Source: Trichinella spiralis
Lineage: Eukaryota
NCBI RefSeq assembly: GCF_000181795.1
Contig: NW_003526945.1
Coordinates: forward strand, 853,645 to 917,644
DNA: 64,000 nt
Direction of reading: 5' to 3'
Shown here: in pieces, positions 1 to 15,715 of the stretch
Numbering within the stretch: position 1 is the stretch's first letter
How the letters are laid out: every line of letters begins with the position of its first letter
The notes under the pieces: generated by a model
Told to the model about the DNA's origin: nothing
The model's input: only the letters and a program-made list of their open reading frames with translations
Database searches by the model: none
Made by a program: the position numbers and the translations under genes

Positions 1-439
1 GAAAGTATCAGTTTTCGTTTACATTCATCTATAAAAGGTTTTATTATTCTTATTTATAGTAGTAATAATATATTTTAGTAATAAAGCAGTTTTTCACTTA
101 AAGAATGTAATGTCAAAGTGGATTTCTACTTTAAAACAGTGTAATGTAAACAGTTAAAAGGGATGTAATATGGTAACATTAAATAGGCATAATTTTATTT
201 ATTAATTATTTGTGAATTAGCTATTGTTTGAATATAAATTTTTTACTTATGAAAATGCTAATCGGGGTCTCCTTTAATTAGGCAGTGGCAAAAGTAAACT
301 TGGTATAAATGAATTAAACAATTAGCTTAGACAAGGTGCAACGAGTTTAATCTTTTCATAAATAGGAAGTAATCTTCTATAAATAGAATGTTATTAATCC
401 GTAACATGTAGGAAAACAATGTATTAAATATGAGATTAA

Positions 440-700
440 TTTTAATATACTAATTAGAAAGTTTAAAATGCAATGTAAATGCTACACTGAGTATTTTAAT
501 TTTTAATTAGGTTAAATAACGTCATTCGTAACAACATATTTTAGCAGTGAGAGTTTTTTAATAAATGATTAACATACAATGTAAACACAAAAGTGGGTCA
601 TAATATTTTCTAATTAGGTATAATAACGTCACTCATAACTACATATTTTAGCAGGGTTTTTTAATAGTTAATTAGAATGTTTTAATTGCAATGCAAAAAA
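440..700. repeat. Degenerate tandem repeat, ~107-110 bp unit, 2-3 copies
   Basis: taattaggttaaataacgtcattcgtaacaacatattttagcag (~504) recurs as taattaggtataataacgtcactcataactacatattttagcag (~611). ttaatatactaattagaaag..tgcaatg (~442) recurs as ttaatagttaattagaatg..tgcaatg (~661). Confidence 0.6.
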
Positions 701-1079
701 CAGCAACTTACAGTAATCAGTTTTATTTGAAAAGATAAGTAGGCATAATACATTAAATCAATAATGATGAGTTGTAAATCATACGGTAAGTATGCAAACA
801 TGAGTTGGTTCTGCAGGACAGTACATTAATATTGAGTATCAGGTGTGACGGCAATTTGATGTGCATGAGGCGGCAAGGCTTAGTAGGCGTAACGATTCAC
901 ATCTGCCTGGCAACGCACGCCATCTAGTGCGGAAGCTACGTCTTCGGCGGATCAGAATGGCCATCTGGTCCGTCGAGGGTGGATCAGATGGATCCACCCA
1001 AGGTCATCTCGGCCAAAATCGTGAGGCCAGCACGTGGGCTAGGAGGCGATGATGCCTTGGGGGTCCCCAGGAATCCACC

Positions 1080-1089
1080 NNNNNNNNNN
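1080..1089. other. Assembly gap (10 N)
   Basis: Run of N in the sequence. Confidence 1.
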
Positions 1090-2337
1090 CACATAAATAT
1101 GATCTGGTAAAAGAAGTTGATATTGTGGCATAAAAATTGGTGCTGTGCACAACTGTGGAACAAATCATAATAGTAATTGAAACTGCGGAAAATTCGCTGG
1201 ATGAAAATTGAAAAAAAAACCCTTGTAACCCAAAATGGGGGTTTACTGGTTTGTCATGGAACAATCCATTTTAATCGCACCCGAAAAATCAATCCTTTGC
1301 TGACAGTGATTTGTGTAAAAACAGTAAAATTTTTATGGCAAAAGAAACAAAAAAACAAACATGACAAACCGCTTAAAAGCATTTTGCAAAGGGAAAAGTA
1401 TACTAAATTCATTTGCCTTTACAACATATTACAGAGGGTATTGCAGAATCAATACCAATGTCACTAGTTTGCAGGTTACAAGATATAAATCACACCCATT
1501 GTGCGACATAATAAATAGAGATGAAGTAAATCGTGCATAGAAAACATCAGAATACCGTATAAATCAATGTTTCTTTACTTATGGCGTTATTCATTATTAT
1601 TATTATTAGGCAAATCACTAATGAAAAAATTTGCGTTTATAACAACTGTCAATGCCATTTATTTCTGGACATTCGCATTTTCCTTGACTTATGTCTCTCA
1701 TCATTTTCATCATATCATAGCAAATTGATTCAGAAACAACGCTGTCTTTCTGATATTCACTGTGATTCAGCACAAATTCACGCATCCATCGTGCAAGCGT
1801 CCACAGTTCACCAGTAACACGTTGACGAATAAAACTAAACAAAAAATTATCATCTACTTCATGCGACTAAATTGCACATTTCGTAACATTTATAGAAACA
1901 GAAATTGTAAACATCCCCCCTCCCACCCCTGATCATAAAAACACCAACTTTTTTGTGCATACTTTATGTAATCATGAAAGGATGCATCCCTGTTTCTACA
2001 GGGACTCCCAATCCAATTTCAAAAAATTGGAAAAAAAAGTGCGGGGCAAAACCAAGGAAAACCCCCCTTGGTTTTTCCTTTTAAAAATTTCGTCCATCCC
2101 AAATCTCCAAAAATGGTCCCCCCCCCCCGGGAAAAAAAGAAAACTGGAATTCTCAAGGGGGTTTTTCCTTCCACCCCTAAAAAAAAAGGGGGTCTCTCAT
2201 ATATCTCTCCCGAAAAAAAAAATTTTTTGCGCTAAGGCCATTCTCACAAAACCAAACCCCACAAATATTTGGAAAATTTTTTATATCTATATTTGAGAAC
2301 AACCCCTCTCTCGGGAAGGGGACTCCTCCCTCCCCCC
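1090..2337. repeat. Gap-flanked, error-rich duplicate of ~4468-5630 (GCLC last exons and 3' flank); probable assembly artefact
   Basis: Starts cacataaatatgatctggtaaaagaag, identical to 4468. Near-identical in the middle, with homopolymer expansions near the start and rising errors after ~1910. Bounded by N gaps. Confidence 0.85.
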
Positions 2338-2347
2338 NNNNNNNNNN
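2338..2347. other. Assembly gap (10 N)
   Basis: Run of N in the sequence. Confidence 1.
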
Positions 2348-4967
2348 CGTTTTCCCATTTTCTTTTTCTCCATTCTTTAAACCTGTAATAATGATATTAA
2401 ATCAAAATTGTCCTCACTTTATCACAAAGTAGAATTACAACAAATATAATAATTAAGTGCTATCTAATTACAAAATAATTGTTTACAAAATGAGTATACA
2501 AAGTTTAAAAAAAATAAGCAGAAAAGTGGAATACTTGTCTGTAAATCTGAAACGGCCTTCAGCAGCTACTTAACGCCCGTAATAAACGCAGAGAACGTTC
2601 AACAATGCTACCAATTGGCACGTAAATTAAACAAACAAACGCACCCTTACTGATGATAAGGCAGCGTTGTGGCGATCTTTATTTGCATAATGCAGCGTTA
2701 GAAACCCGTTTTTAGTGCGTTAGAACTTTTGGCTGAAGATAATCTAAATATGACCTAAGCCATAATATGAGCAGAAGAAATGCACTGTTAAATTCTACCA
2801 ATAAGGAAAGGACCATTTTAAAATTCAAAAATGACCTTCACTTTTACATTTACAATTCAGTTAAAATATACACTGTCTGACAAAAAACGCCATAACAAAA
2901 TAAAATTGACTTAGGCAAAACACACCTACGTATATCCGAAAAATTTTCTTACATCAGAAAACCCAGTAGCTGAAATGAAGCTACTTTTTAAGTGAAGAAT
3001 TTGCGGGCAAAAGCTTGCTTATGGTCAGTTGAAAGTACATGTTAGCTACTGCAAGGTGATTTTCGAAAGACCGTATTTTAATAACAGATAAACAATGCAT
3101 GCAGGGTGCATTTAATCAAACTTAATTGCACGGAAATTTGGCGTTTATTAAGTCTCCTGTTATCTCACGTTGAGAATTCTTCTTAGAGAATATATTGAGA
3201 AATTATGTTCAATATCGATTCTCAACTGCACTGTCAAGTGATTAAGAGTCTAAAATGAAAAGAATTGCCACTTACTGCTAAATTCATCGTCTTCTCATCA
3301 TCAATATTAATTGTCTTTGGATGCTGATTAAAAAATTATTCTTCAGAAATTATTCCAAAAAATAATAATAAATAAAAAGCAAAAATAGTGTTTGGATTCA
3401 ATGTTTGTCTTCAGTCAATTTTCCAATCAAAACGCTGAGCTACCATCCACGGACGGCCTCAAACTGAAATGATTTCTATTAGGTCAATAAAGCAAACGAC
3501 CTCGCATGCAAATTTTTATTTTGTTCTATTCTGCTGATAAATATTTACTGTACATTTTGCTTTGAAATGATACTGTACATTTTTCATTGATCTTTATTTA
3601 CTTAATGTACTGCGTTTGAGTAGAAAATTTAAAATTAGCAGTACCTCAAGTTTATAGCCCATTTATTCCACAACTGCTAGACAGTTTAAGGTCAAACTCT
3701 TCAAGAAAATATTTTTTCTATCAATATATTACGATGAAAAAAAAGTTAAAATTTTGAAAACAAATTTTTCGCTGATTTTCGCGAAAACAACCAAGTCTAT
3801 AGCCCATGAAATTTTGCAATTTTCGAGAAAAATGTTTTTCAACAAAAATTAAAGAAATTGATTTTTATCGGTACAAAATTATTCCCTAACTATTATAAAC
3901 ATATCTGGACGGCTGGCGATTGCGTATTTCTTGAGATATACACAAAAAAGTGAAACTTAATATAGGATTTTAACAAAGTCGAAATAAAAAGGAATAAAAA
4001 TTAAAAGTAAAATAAATGTGCATACTGAACGATGTCATTAATTTTTGTTTCAAAACTGTCAATGTTTTCCACCGAGAAATGAAATGTATTTTAATAAGAA
4101 TTGTTCCTGATTTTCATTTATGCAACAGTAACTTTCAAAATTAAATGCTTGTTTACTGAATTTTTTTGACTTTCTACACACAATTTGGAGATAAAAATTA
4201 TCCAAAATTTTCACATTAGACAGCTATCTTCGTGCAATACGCCAGTCTTTTTATTCTATAAATTTCAAATGCTCTAACCTGCAAATTTATCAAATTTCTC
4301 AAAAAGGCGTCAATTGAGAGTTATTGAAAATTTACATACCTCTAATTGGCACACAATTGATTGCAATATTCATAAAATTATTTTACAATATGCCGTAGTT
4401 TCTGAGAAGCATGGAGCAAGTGTCACTGTAGTTACTGGTGGATACCTCTGAAGATTCCAAAAACTACCACATAAATATGATCTGGTAAAAGAAGTTGATA
4501 TTGTGGCATAAAAATTGGTGCTGTGCACAACTGTGGAACAAATCATAATAGTAATTGAAACTGCGGAAATTCGCTGGATGAAATTGAAAAAAAGCCTTGT
4601 AACCAAAATGGGGTTTACTGTTTGTCATGAAACAATCATTTATCGCACCGAAAATCAATCATTGCTGACAGTGATTGTGTAAAACAGTAAATTTTATGCA
4701 AAAGAACAGAAAACAACATGACAACCGCTTAAAAGCATTTGCAAAGGAAAAGTATACTAAATTCATTTGCCTTTACAACATATTACAGAGGTATTGCAGA
4801 ATCAATACCAATGTCACTAGTTGCAGGTTACAAGATATAAATCACACCCATTGTGCGACATAATAAATAGAGATGAAGTAAATCGTGCATAGAAAACATC
4901 AGAATACCGTATAAATCAATGTTTCTTTAACTTATGGCGTTATTCATTATTATTATTATTAGGCAAA

Positions 4968-7900
4968 TCAAGAATGAAAAAATTTGCGTTTATAACAACT
5001 GTCAATGCCATTTATTTCTGGACATTCGCATTTTCCTTGACTTATGTCTCTCATCATTTTCATCATATCATAGCAAATTGATTCAGAAACAACGCTGTCT
5101 TTCTGATATTCACTGTGATTCAGCACAAATTCACGCATCCATCGTGCAAGCGTCCACAGTTCACCAGTAGCACGTTGACGAATAAAACTAAACAAAAAAT
5201 TATCATCTACTTCATGCGACTAAATTGCACATTTCGTAACATTTATAGAAACAGAAATTGTAAACATCATCATCAAACCATGATCATAAAACACCAACTT
5301 TTTGTGCATACTTTATGTAATCATGAAGGATGCATCCTGTTTCTACAGTGACTCCAATCGATTTCAAATATTGGAATACAAGTGCGGCCAAACCAGGGAA
5401 TCCCCCTTGTTTTCCATTTACAATTTCGTCTATCGACATCTCGATAATGTTCTCCTCATCTGGTAAAGATGAATCTGACTTCATAGTGTATTTTCCTTCA
5501 ACCTTAGAAACAGCGGTTCTCAGTATTCTTCGGAAATAAAATTTTTGCTAAAGCAATTTCAAAAACAAACACAAAAATATTTGAAAATTTTAACTTAATT
5601 GAACAACCTCTCTGACGGCATCTCGTCGCTGAGCTCGTTTCATATTTTCATTAACCAAACTGATTGGTATGACAAAGCAAAGTCCATATGATAATATGGC
5701 TCGAGTCAGCAACACGACGAAGCAAACAAATGCAGCATTTTCGAAATCGGTTAGTTGAACTTCTGTCGGTCGAAATTCAACTCTCCAACCGATTTCATTA
5801 GAATCAGCCGGTGGTGGTTTAAATCTGAAAACATAACATAATTATAATTCCTATTTCGAAATGCAAAGCCTATTTAGATTATTCATCATTATCACCTCAT
5901 GTTCATCCAATTGCTCGACTGGATCGTTTCAAAATGTTCTGAAGAAGCCATATCGTCGACTTCAATTCTTTCTCGAAAGACTTGCAAAGGATCACGGACA
6001 AAAAGATGTGCAATGTGCTTAGCTAAAAGTTCGTCCACACCCTCAGCAGTAAGTAATTTGACAATTTTCAAATCACAGCAAACTGGAATATCATTGAAGC
6101 TTTCATTAGCTTGATGAATATAACAGTCAGTAGTATCATAGCGAGATTTATTTAACACAAATTGGTTCTCTTTCAACATTTCCAAACCTCTTTCTTCTGC
6201 TGTACGATCATCTACAGATGCGGCAATGACATCCCAACGAGAATCTACATCTGCCAACAAACCACGGAATATTGGTGAAGATGCACTCAGTGCAAGAATT
6301 ATTGGTGTAATCGGTGTTAACTGATCGTATAGCCAGCGAGCCTCGTCCAAATTGACTGCCTATAAATGCAACAATTGAAAAACACTTTGATCGACATTTT
6401 TACAAATTATTTCAAAACTCCTTCTGTTTTACTTGGAAAGTGACCTGCAAACAGCAACAGCCCATACCGAAACCCATAGCATCCATATAAATATGATCTG
6501 GTAAAGCATTCTTGTTAGCTTCAATGCCAGCTGGCCCGAAAGCACTAAAATCTTCTTTAAAAGGTTTGGGCGTATTAATGTCTCGAAATATTGGAACATT
6601 TATGACAACTTTAGAACCACGACGTGCTCGAATATTTCGAGTCAAATTCAAAAATCGTGGATGTCCTGTGAAAATGGCTTCGTCCGGGAAGAACAAAGAA
6701 CGTGAATAACCACTTTCTGGTGTTGTTTCAGTAGGTGGATAAGTGAAATTTGGGCATCCTAATCGTGGAAATGATCCAAATGTTAACAATGCTTCATCGT
6801 CCAACAAATATTTCTCCACTTCGAGACGTCGTTTACACATATTCTCCTGAACACTTTTGAAACTTTCAATGTTCGAATATGGCTCACCTAAAAGTACAAC
6901 CTTAATGTTAATTTTATTGAAAAAGAAATTTAATATAAAAATGAAAAAATAAATCTCAGAATTCTATTAATTTTCTTTGGCTCCACGTCTGTGTGTGAAA
7001 GTATAAATGTGAAATAAATGCATCATTTTAAGTAAATACAAATAAACGCAAAGTACAATACAGATGAAAAAATCAAATTTCATAATTTCATTAAAAAAAT
7101 TATTATTCGTTACCAATAAATAATTTTAGTCAGAAAACAGTGACAAATAGTCAGTTAAAAATTCAGTATGCTAGAGTTTGATAATAATTGCTTTCATGGA
7201 AGAGTTATAAATACAGGGACGCTTTTAAGAAAGCGACCACTAAAATATCTGTAAACTTCCTAATAAATTGCAATGCTGTACTAAATTTAAACAATTATAA
7301 TAATTAATGTTCTCCATGACAACCAAAAATACAAAAAATACTTATCCCAAATTTGTAAACAGTAAATGATTTGAATTTGAAAAAAATTAACAATAATCAA
7401 CAGAAAATTTAATAATTTTCCTGTTGACAAATTTATAATTTATGAATAAAAATAAACCGTAATAAATGAAAATAATTCATTTAATAAATGCGCGACAAAT
7501 ATAAATTCGAATGTTACATTAATATGAAGAATAAGGAAAGAAAAAAGAATAAATTATTCAAGATTATAAAACATAAAATTAAATAAACACAGCATAATAA
7601 TTAATTAAGATATGCAAGCATTTTGTTTTTAAAAAATGACTACAAATCATAACAGAACTTCAAACAAAGATTATTCATTTACAAAGTATGTTAAAAAGGC
7701 AAACTTATCAACTGTATGTAAACTAACAAATTTTATTACAGTATTATAACTGAATTTGAAATCAATTCTTGATCCGATTTTCAACACTTTTGCAAAATAG
7801 CTTTTATCATATAAATTTGCAACAACAAAGATAAAACTGTCAGATCAACTCAATTTTGTTGCTACAAGTTTATAGTTCAAACAATGATGTGCAAAATTAA

Positions 7901-8569
7901 ACAGAACGGAAAAATGTCATTAACTATACTTTTAACTAATCGTGAAAACGAATGATTCATCAACACAGACTGAAGAAAATAAACAGCCTAAGATGACTAA
8001 CTAGTTCATCTAAAATCATTATTTCGGTTTAAGACAATGTTTGAAACAAAACTGAATGAATTTAAAACGCAAAAGCGCATTTAAGAAATAATGCTTGCAT
8101 GTAGGTACGCAACTGGTTTAAAAAGAACTAGAAAAATAATGTAAAAAATAACTAAATTAACGCATTTGGAAATTTAAAGAAATAACAGTATAAATAAAAC
8201 CATGGTAAAGATAAATAAGTAAATAATAAGACCCACTAAACGTTTCTAACCTGGAGTGCCTTCTATCATGTACTTTGCATATTCTGGTCTCCACAAAAAT
8301 TCGTTCTTTCTTGGCTCTGGACTTTCATTCGCAATAAGTGTAGATAAGACTTGTTCTGACCGTAAATTGACATGAACTTGGCGCTTTTCGTCATCAAATT
8401 TCAAGACAAAGTATTCAATTTCATCTCCCCAACGCAAACAATCACCTTGTCGATCTTTCAGGCGTTTGTACAAATTAATAAATTGCTTGATTCCGTGAAG
8501 CTTCACTTGTTCGACATATTTCTTCAGCTCTGACCATTCTAAAGGTTCGCCTGCGGCAAGAAGTCCCAT
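4968..8569 (-). CDS. GCLC: Glutamate-cysteine ligase catalytic subunit; exons approx. 8569-8251, 6887-6433, 6359-5896, 5824-5608, 5547-5312, 5187-4968
   Basis: [12 protein letters not shown]...[93 protein letters not shown] boundaries were read for all introns; frame was checked at the last junction. Confidence 0.97.
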
Positions 8570-9439
8570 GCTTATTTTTATGCTTACTTGGTAGTAGACT
8601 GTCAGAAGGTTTTTTAAGAAAAGTACAGTCTTATAAAAAGACTTTCAAGTTACATGAAGTTGATGCTACCATAAATACAGTAAAATCGGATACATGGATT
8701 CATTAATTTAGCAAACTGTAATTTTATTAACTGTGAATAAAATTTTTTATATTTTTTGATGTATCTTTTTATGCATTTCAATTTAAAATTTCTTGAAATA
8801 GTGTGTATATTTTTGAATTTGTTTAAATTCATTTTGAAAGAGTATATTTGGCAGTGGGATAAACGATTGTGTATTTTGCTACATTAAGAATGCTTTTATG
8901 CAAAATGCTTGACAAACATCAGTTACATCTTTAATACATTTTATTTTACTATTGAATAATTCAAATTAATGAAGTATAAGGCACAATTTTATAATAATAA
9001 TAATTATTATTATTATTATTGTTTTTGTTGTTGTTATTTTAATTTTTTCATGTTCAACTGCTGTTTTCCAGTTTGAGAATAACAAAGGTAAACAAAATAT
9101 TAATATATGTACTTGCTTATTATGTGTATCATACGGTATATTGTGATGTCTCACGAAACTTAATATTAGTTTTATTGTCAGTTACTATTACGAGTTTATA
9201 AGTGATAAGTACATTTCATTGTTGTTTATGCTTCGTTACGTGTATTGATATAAACATTTAGTTTCTTTTATTTCAGTATCTTTTTTTGATTGCAGTTTTT
9301 CATTAACTGACAGCGGCAGATTTATTTTAATGTCAAATCAATATTTATCTGAATATTTACAATTTATATTATTATTGATTTTGTATTTGTTTGTTTATTT
9401 TTTGTAATTTAACTCTGTGTTATAATAAATTAGGAAGAT

Positions 9440-12025
<2,586 letters not shown>

Positions 12026-15000
12026 TAATAATTTGATCAATTCTTCTTCTGCTTCTCAAATTCGTATAATAAACGTTCTCTCTTTTCACGGTGATTTATA
12101 AAATGCAACAGTTGGATTTTGCCACAAAATGTTACATCGCATTACACATATTGTATTCATCCAATCTTCTTTTTATTTAAATTTCACCATTAAGTAGTGT
12201 ACATGTGTAGATACGTGAAGGGCGAATAAATCTGATGTATATTTTCAACATGCATGTAGTTATAAAAGTTATCACAGAGCAATGACGTCACTGACACAGA
12301 CTGGACATGATGAAATTATTGAAAAGTCGAATTTCATTTAGCATAAGCATATCAAACAACGAAAAAATGCTGAATTCTATGGATGTTAATTTATACAACT
12401 GCAAAATAATTAGCCAACATGCATGCAGTACAGTGAAAAGTGAATTACTGAAAAACAGCAAGAAGTTGTGTTAGGTTTGCAAAATCGTTATGTTGACGTC
12501 ATTTGCAAACACTGGATACTAATGCGACTGTTTACACAAAGCATTTCACAGTAGATGAAATTTTCATCTACGCCGACGTTTATCAGTGAGATAATGAAAG
12601 TGTGTGCCAAGTGTACGTCATTGCCTTGTAAATTGAGAAACATTTTAAATATGGTGGTAAAAAGTAAAATAAATTAAAAATTGCACCTAACAAACAGTTC
12701 TAGCAAGGAAATTATAAAATTAAGAATAGCAATTACTTACTCAACTTCTGCGAATATTTCGCGAAGATTTTTCTCCTTTATTACTTTTCTTCTTTCTGTA
12801 GTGAATACTGATCATTTTCCATATTTGAAATATTTTCCATTTTTCTCTAAACACTGTAAAAGTGTTGCGCTGTTGGTAAAGTTGAATATCAATCGCCGTA
12901 GGTAGCGATGCAACTCACCATTTACGTTCAACTGTCTCTGATTTCATGATCTTTTGATTGTTTTTTTTGCGTTTGGTAGAGAAAATTCAAAGCGTTGCCG
13001 TTCGTGAAGTGAGCTTGAAGATGATGCCCAGAAACGAGCACAATTCAGAAAGCCAATCCATGCTCCAAACCGGTATGAAATGTGCTTCTTTGCATGTTTC
13101 CTTGCATTTTGTGCACCAAGCTTGCTCATGCAAATAAAACAACGTAACAAGTAGTTTATGAGGAAGTATGCAAATGAAAATTTCTTCATCAATCTGTACG
13201 GAATGACCAAACAAGAAACGGGCTCATTTACGCAGTTAAACTAATTCGGGTACTTTGTAACATTTGCATTGAAGAAAGTTCGGCTTTTCTTTTGAAGCTG
13301 TTTCCTTTACCACAATAACCAGAATTCCATCATACAAATGCAAACACTTCCTCAACACTTTTAATAACTGCGTGTGATAAAGAAACGCTACAGTAGTGCT
13401 GTAGTACAAATATAATAATCATGTTTGATTATATATATATATATGTCCTTTTTCTTTATTTTTGAGAAAAATTTTATTTTCACCATTTGTTGTGCAGAAT
13501 GAGTATTTATTTTATTTAAGTTGGATAATATTTCTGATCATTTCATTCTAAAAATTACTTTATGCATTTTGTGAAAACCCGGATTGCGCACTTGGATGCG
13601 CTTACTTAATGATGGTTATTTTTCTCTTTTTTTCTTTATTCTTTTTTATTTTATTTTATTCTGTTTCAGAATTCTTTCCATCAAAATTCATATTGCTGAA
13701 CAAGAAATTTAACATTATAAATACTGAAAATAATTCCTATGAAATTAATCTGTAATAAGATTCACTTTTCGGGATTGCTGCATTTTATTTTTGGAAAATT
13801 AGAAATTAAGTTCATTGATGGTGCGCGAAAAATGAAAACAAAATCTTATGAAAGCAAAGCAATTTATTTAAATTAAATTCGCATGTGTTTTACTGCATCT
13901 AATGCCTACGAATTATTGAAACTGAAAACATTGGAAACAAATGTTCTGATGAAATTGGAAACAATTTATTATTAAAGAAAAGTTGCAATTTACGATTAAT
14001 AGCATTCTGGGAGGAAAATTTGAATGATTTTATCTCTTACAAAGAAATAATTTATTCAACTTGATTTAAATCTTTTTTTTGAATATTTATTCCAGCTATT
14101 TATAAGATGTGATAGTTTCGTTTGATAAAAGAAAAATATTGGCCAGGAGCATGGCATTAATCAAAAATTTCCAAGGTTTTTTTTGGTTAATCATATATTA
14201 TTATTACTGATGTTGTAATGTAAATAATTGTTCAGGAATGCTTTAACAATATAATAACAAACAATTCAGAATAAATGCTCTGCAGTTTTTGTAACACTGA
14301 GTATAATTTATCATTGTGCAGCACTTTTTTTCATCATTGTAGCTGATTGTAGAGAAATGCTTATTTTTACTTGCCTTTGACGTTTCGGCATCCAATATTT
14401 TCATGTATTTCGATGTTCTCTGCAACACTAACAAAATCATACTACATTCATGTGAATGGAAATTACAAATTTGAATGAATAACTTGTTTCAATTGAAATT
14501 CGGCTAAGAATTTGCGCTTCTTCAACCATAGTTCGAATTAATGAGAGCAAAAGTAAAAGAGTTTGATATATGAATAAGCAAGTAGATGCACGTTCCATTT
14601 CATCAAGATGCGTTTGCTATATCTGGGTAAATAGCATCTGTTGTTTCTCAACTGTCAGTTGCCATGATTTATGGATTGATTGTTACTCTTGTGTGGATAT
14701 CTGTTTCCACGTTGTGCCGGGCTTGCACGATCACGATGTTCATAAGTTTAGAATTTCATTTCATGGCTGTTTCAATGATTCCACTGATAGACTGATTTAG
14801 TTCAATAATTTGAACGTTTTTCGTGCAACGTTTTCCATTCCGCATGTAGGGATGAACAATTCTTTTTATTTCTTTTCAATCTTCACATTATCGCTATTGG
14901 CTGATAAAGATTCATCAAATCTTACTGTGCATCGAACTTGATTTTCTTTCTTTTTTATGTTGTTGTCTTTCTTGGACGCGGCAAAAAATTGTTTGTTTGT

Positions 15001-15715
15001 TTTGTGACATCGAATTGAAAGTGACTGCTAATTTTTTTCATTTGAAAAATTCCACAAAGTGAAAATTATTTCGTCAAATGTTTACCTTGTAATCGTCATT
15101 AAAAATAATCAATGAGAGAATAGAATTTCAGAAAAAAAATAAAATAATAAAATTGGCTTGCTATTTGCCACGTCGGCTTTACAACAAACAGTGAAACTGC
15201 TTATTGACGCGTTGTGACAGCGGTGAAAGAGGGAATAGTTCATTAGCTGTCAAGGCTGACTGGTAAATTGGACAACTTGGACGTAAACAATTAGCAGCGG
15301 ATGTTATAAAGGGGCGGTGGTTTTGATAGAATAAACTTTCCCATTCATCATCATGTACTGATTGAAGTGTGCAAAACAGGTTCCTTGCTGCGCCTAAAAA
15401 TTGTCACCTTTGCTAATTTTTATTTTCTGAAGTTCCTCTTTGACGTGTAAGCTGTCAAAGACGAGCAACTGACCAACTAGCTGGCTCTGTTGTTGTTTAT
15501 TTTGGATTCCACTAGCAGCTATTGGATTGAATCTTTCTTAAATCTGCATTTATATTTGTCTGCTTATTTATTTTCTTATATTATTCGGTATTCTTCATTG
15601 CTGGAATTTGAAGTTGGAACCACTCATTATTACTTTTTTTGTTCAAAATCTGTTTGATTGAAAACAATTCTTTTATCAACAAAAGTTTTCATACGACGAC
15701 AAAACACAAGGAGAT

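Noticed and set aside
1090..2337. Apparent tandem duplication or paralogue of the GCLC 3' end
   Set aside because: Isolated between two N gaps, with homopolymer inflation and errors rising toward the end like a low-quality read. Best explained as an unmerged read or allele.
12900..13330. Short minus-strand ORFs with GHSVQIDE and CTKCKETC, reminiscent of a Merlin/ISXO2 transposase
   Set aside because: Motif order does not fit, and I found no other catalytic motifs, TIRs or TSD.
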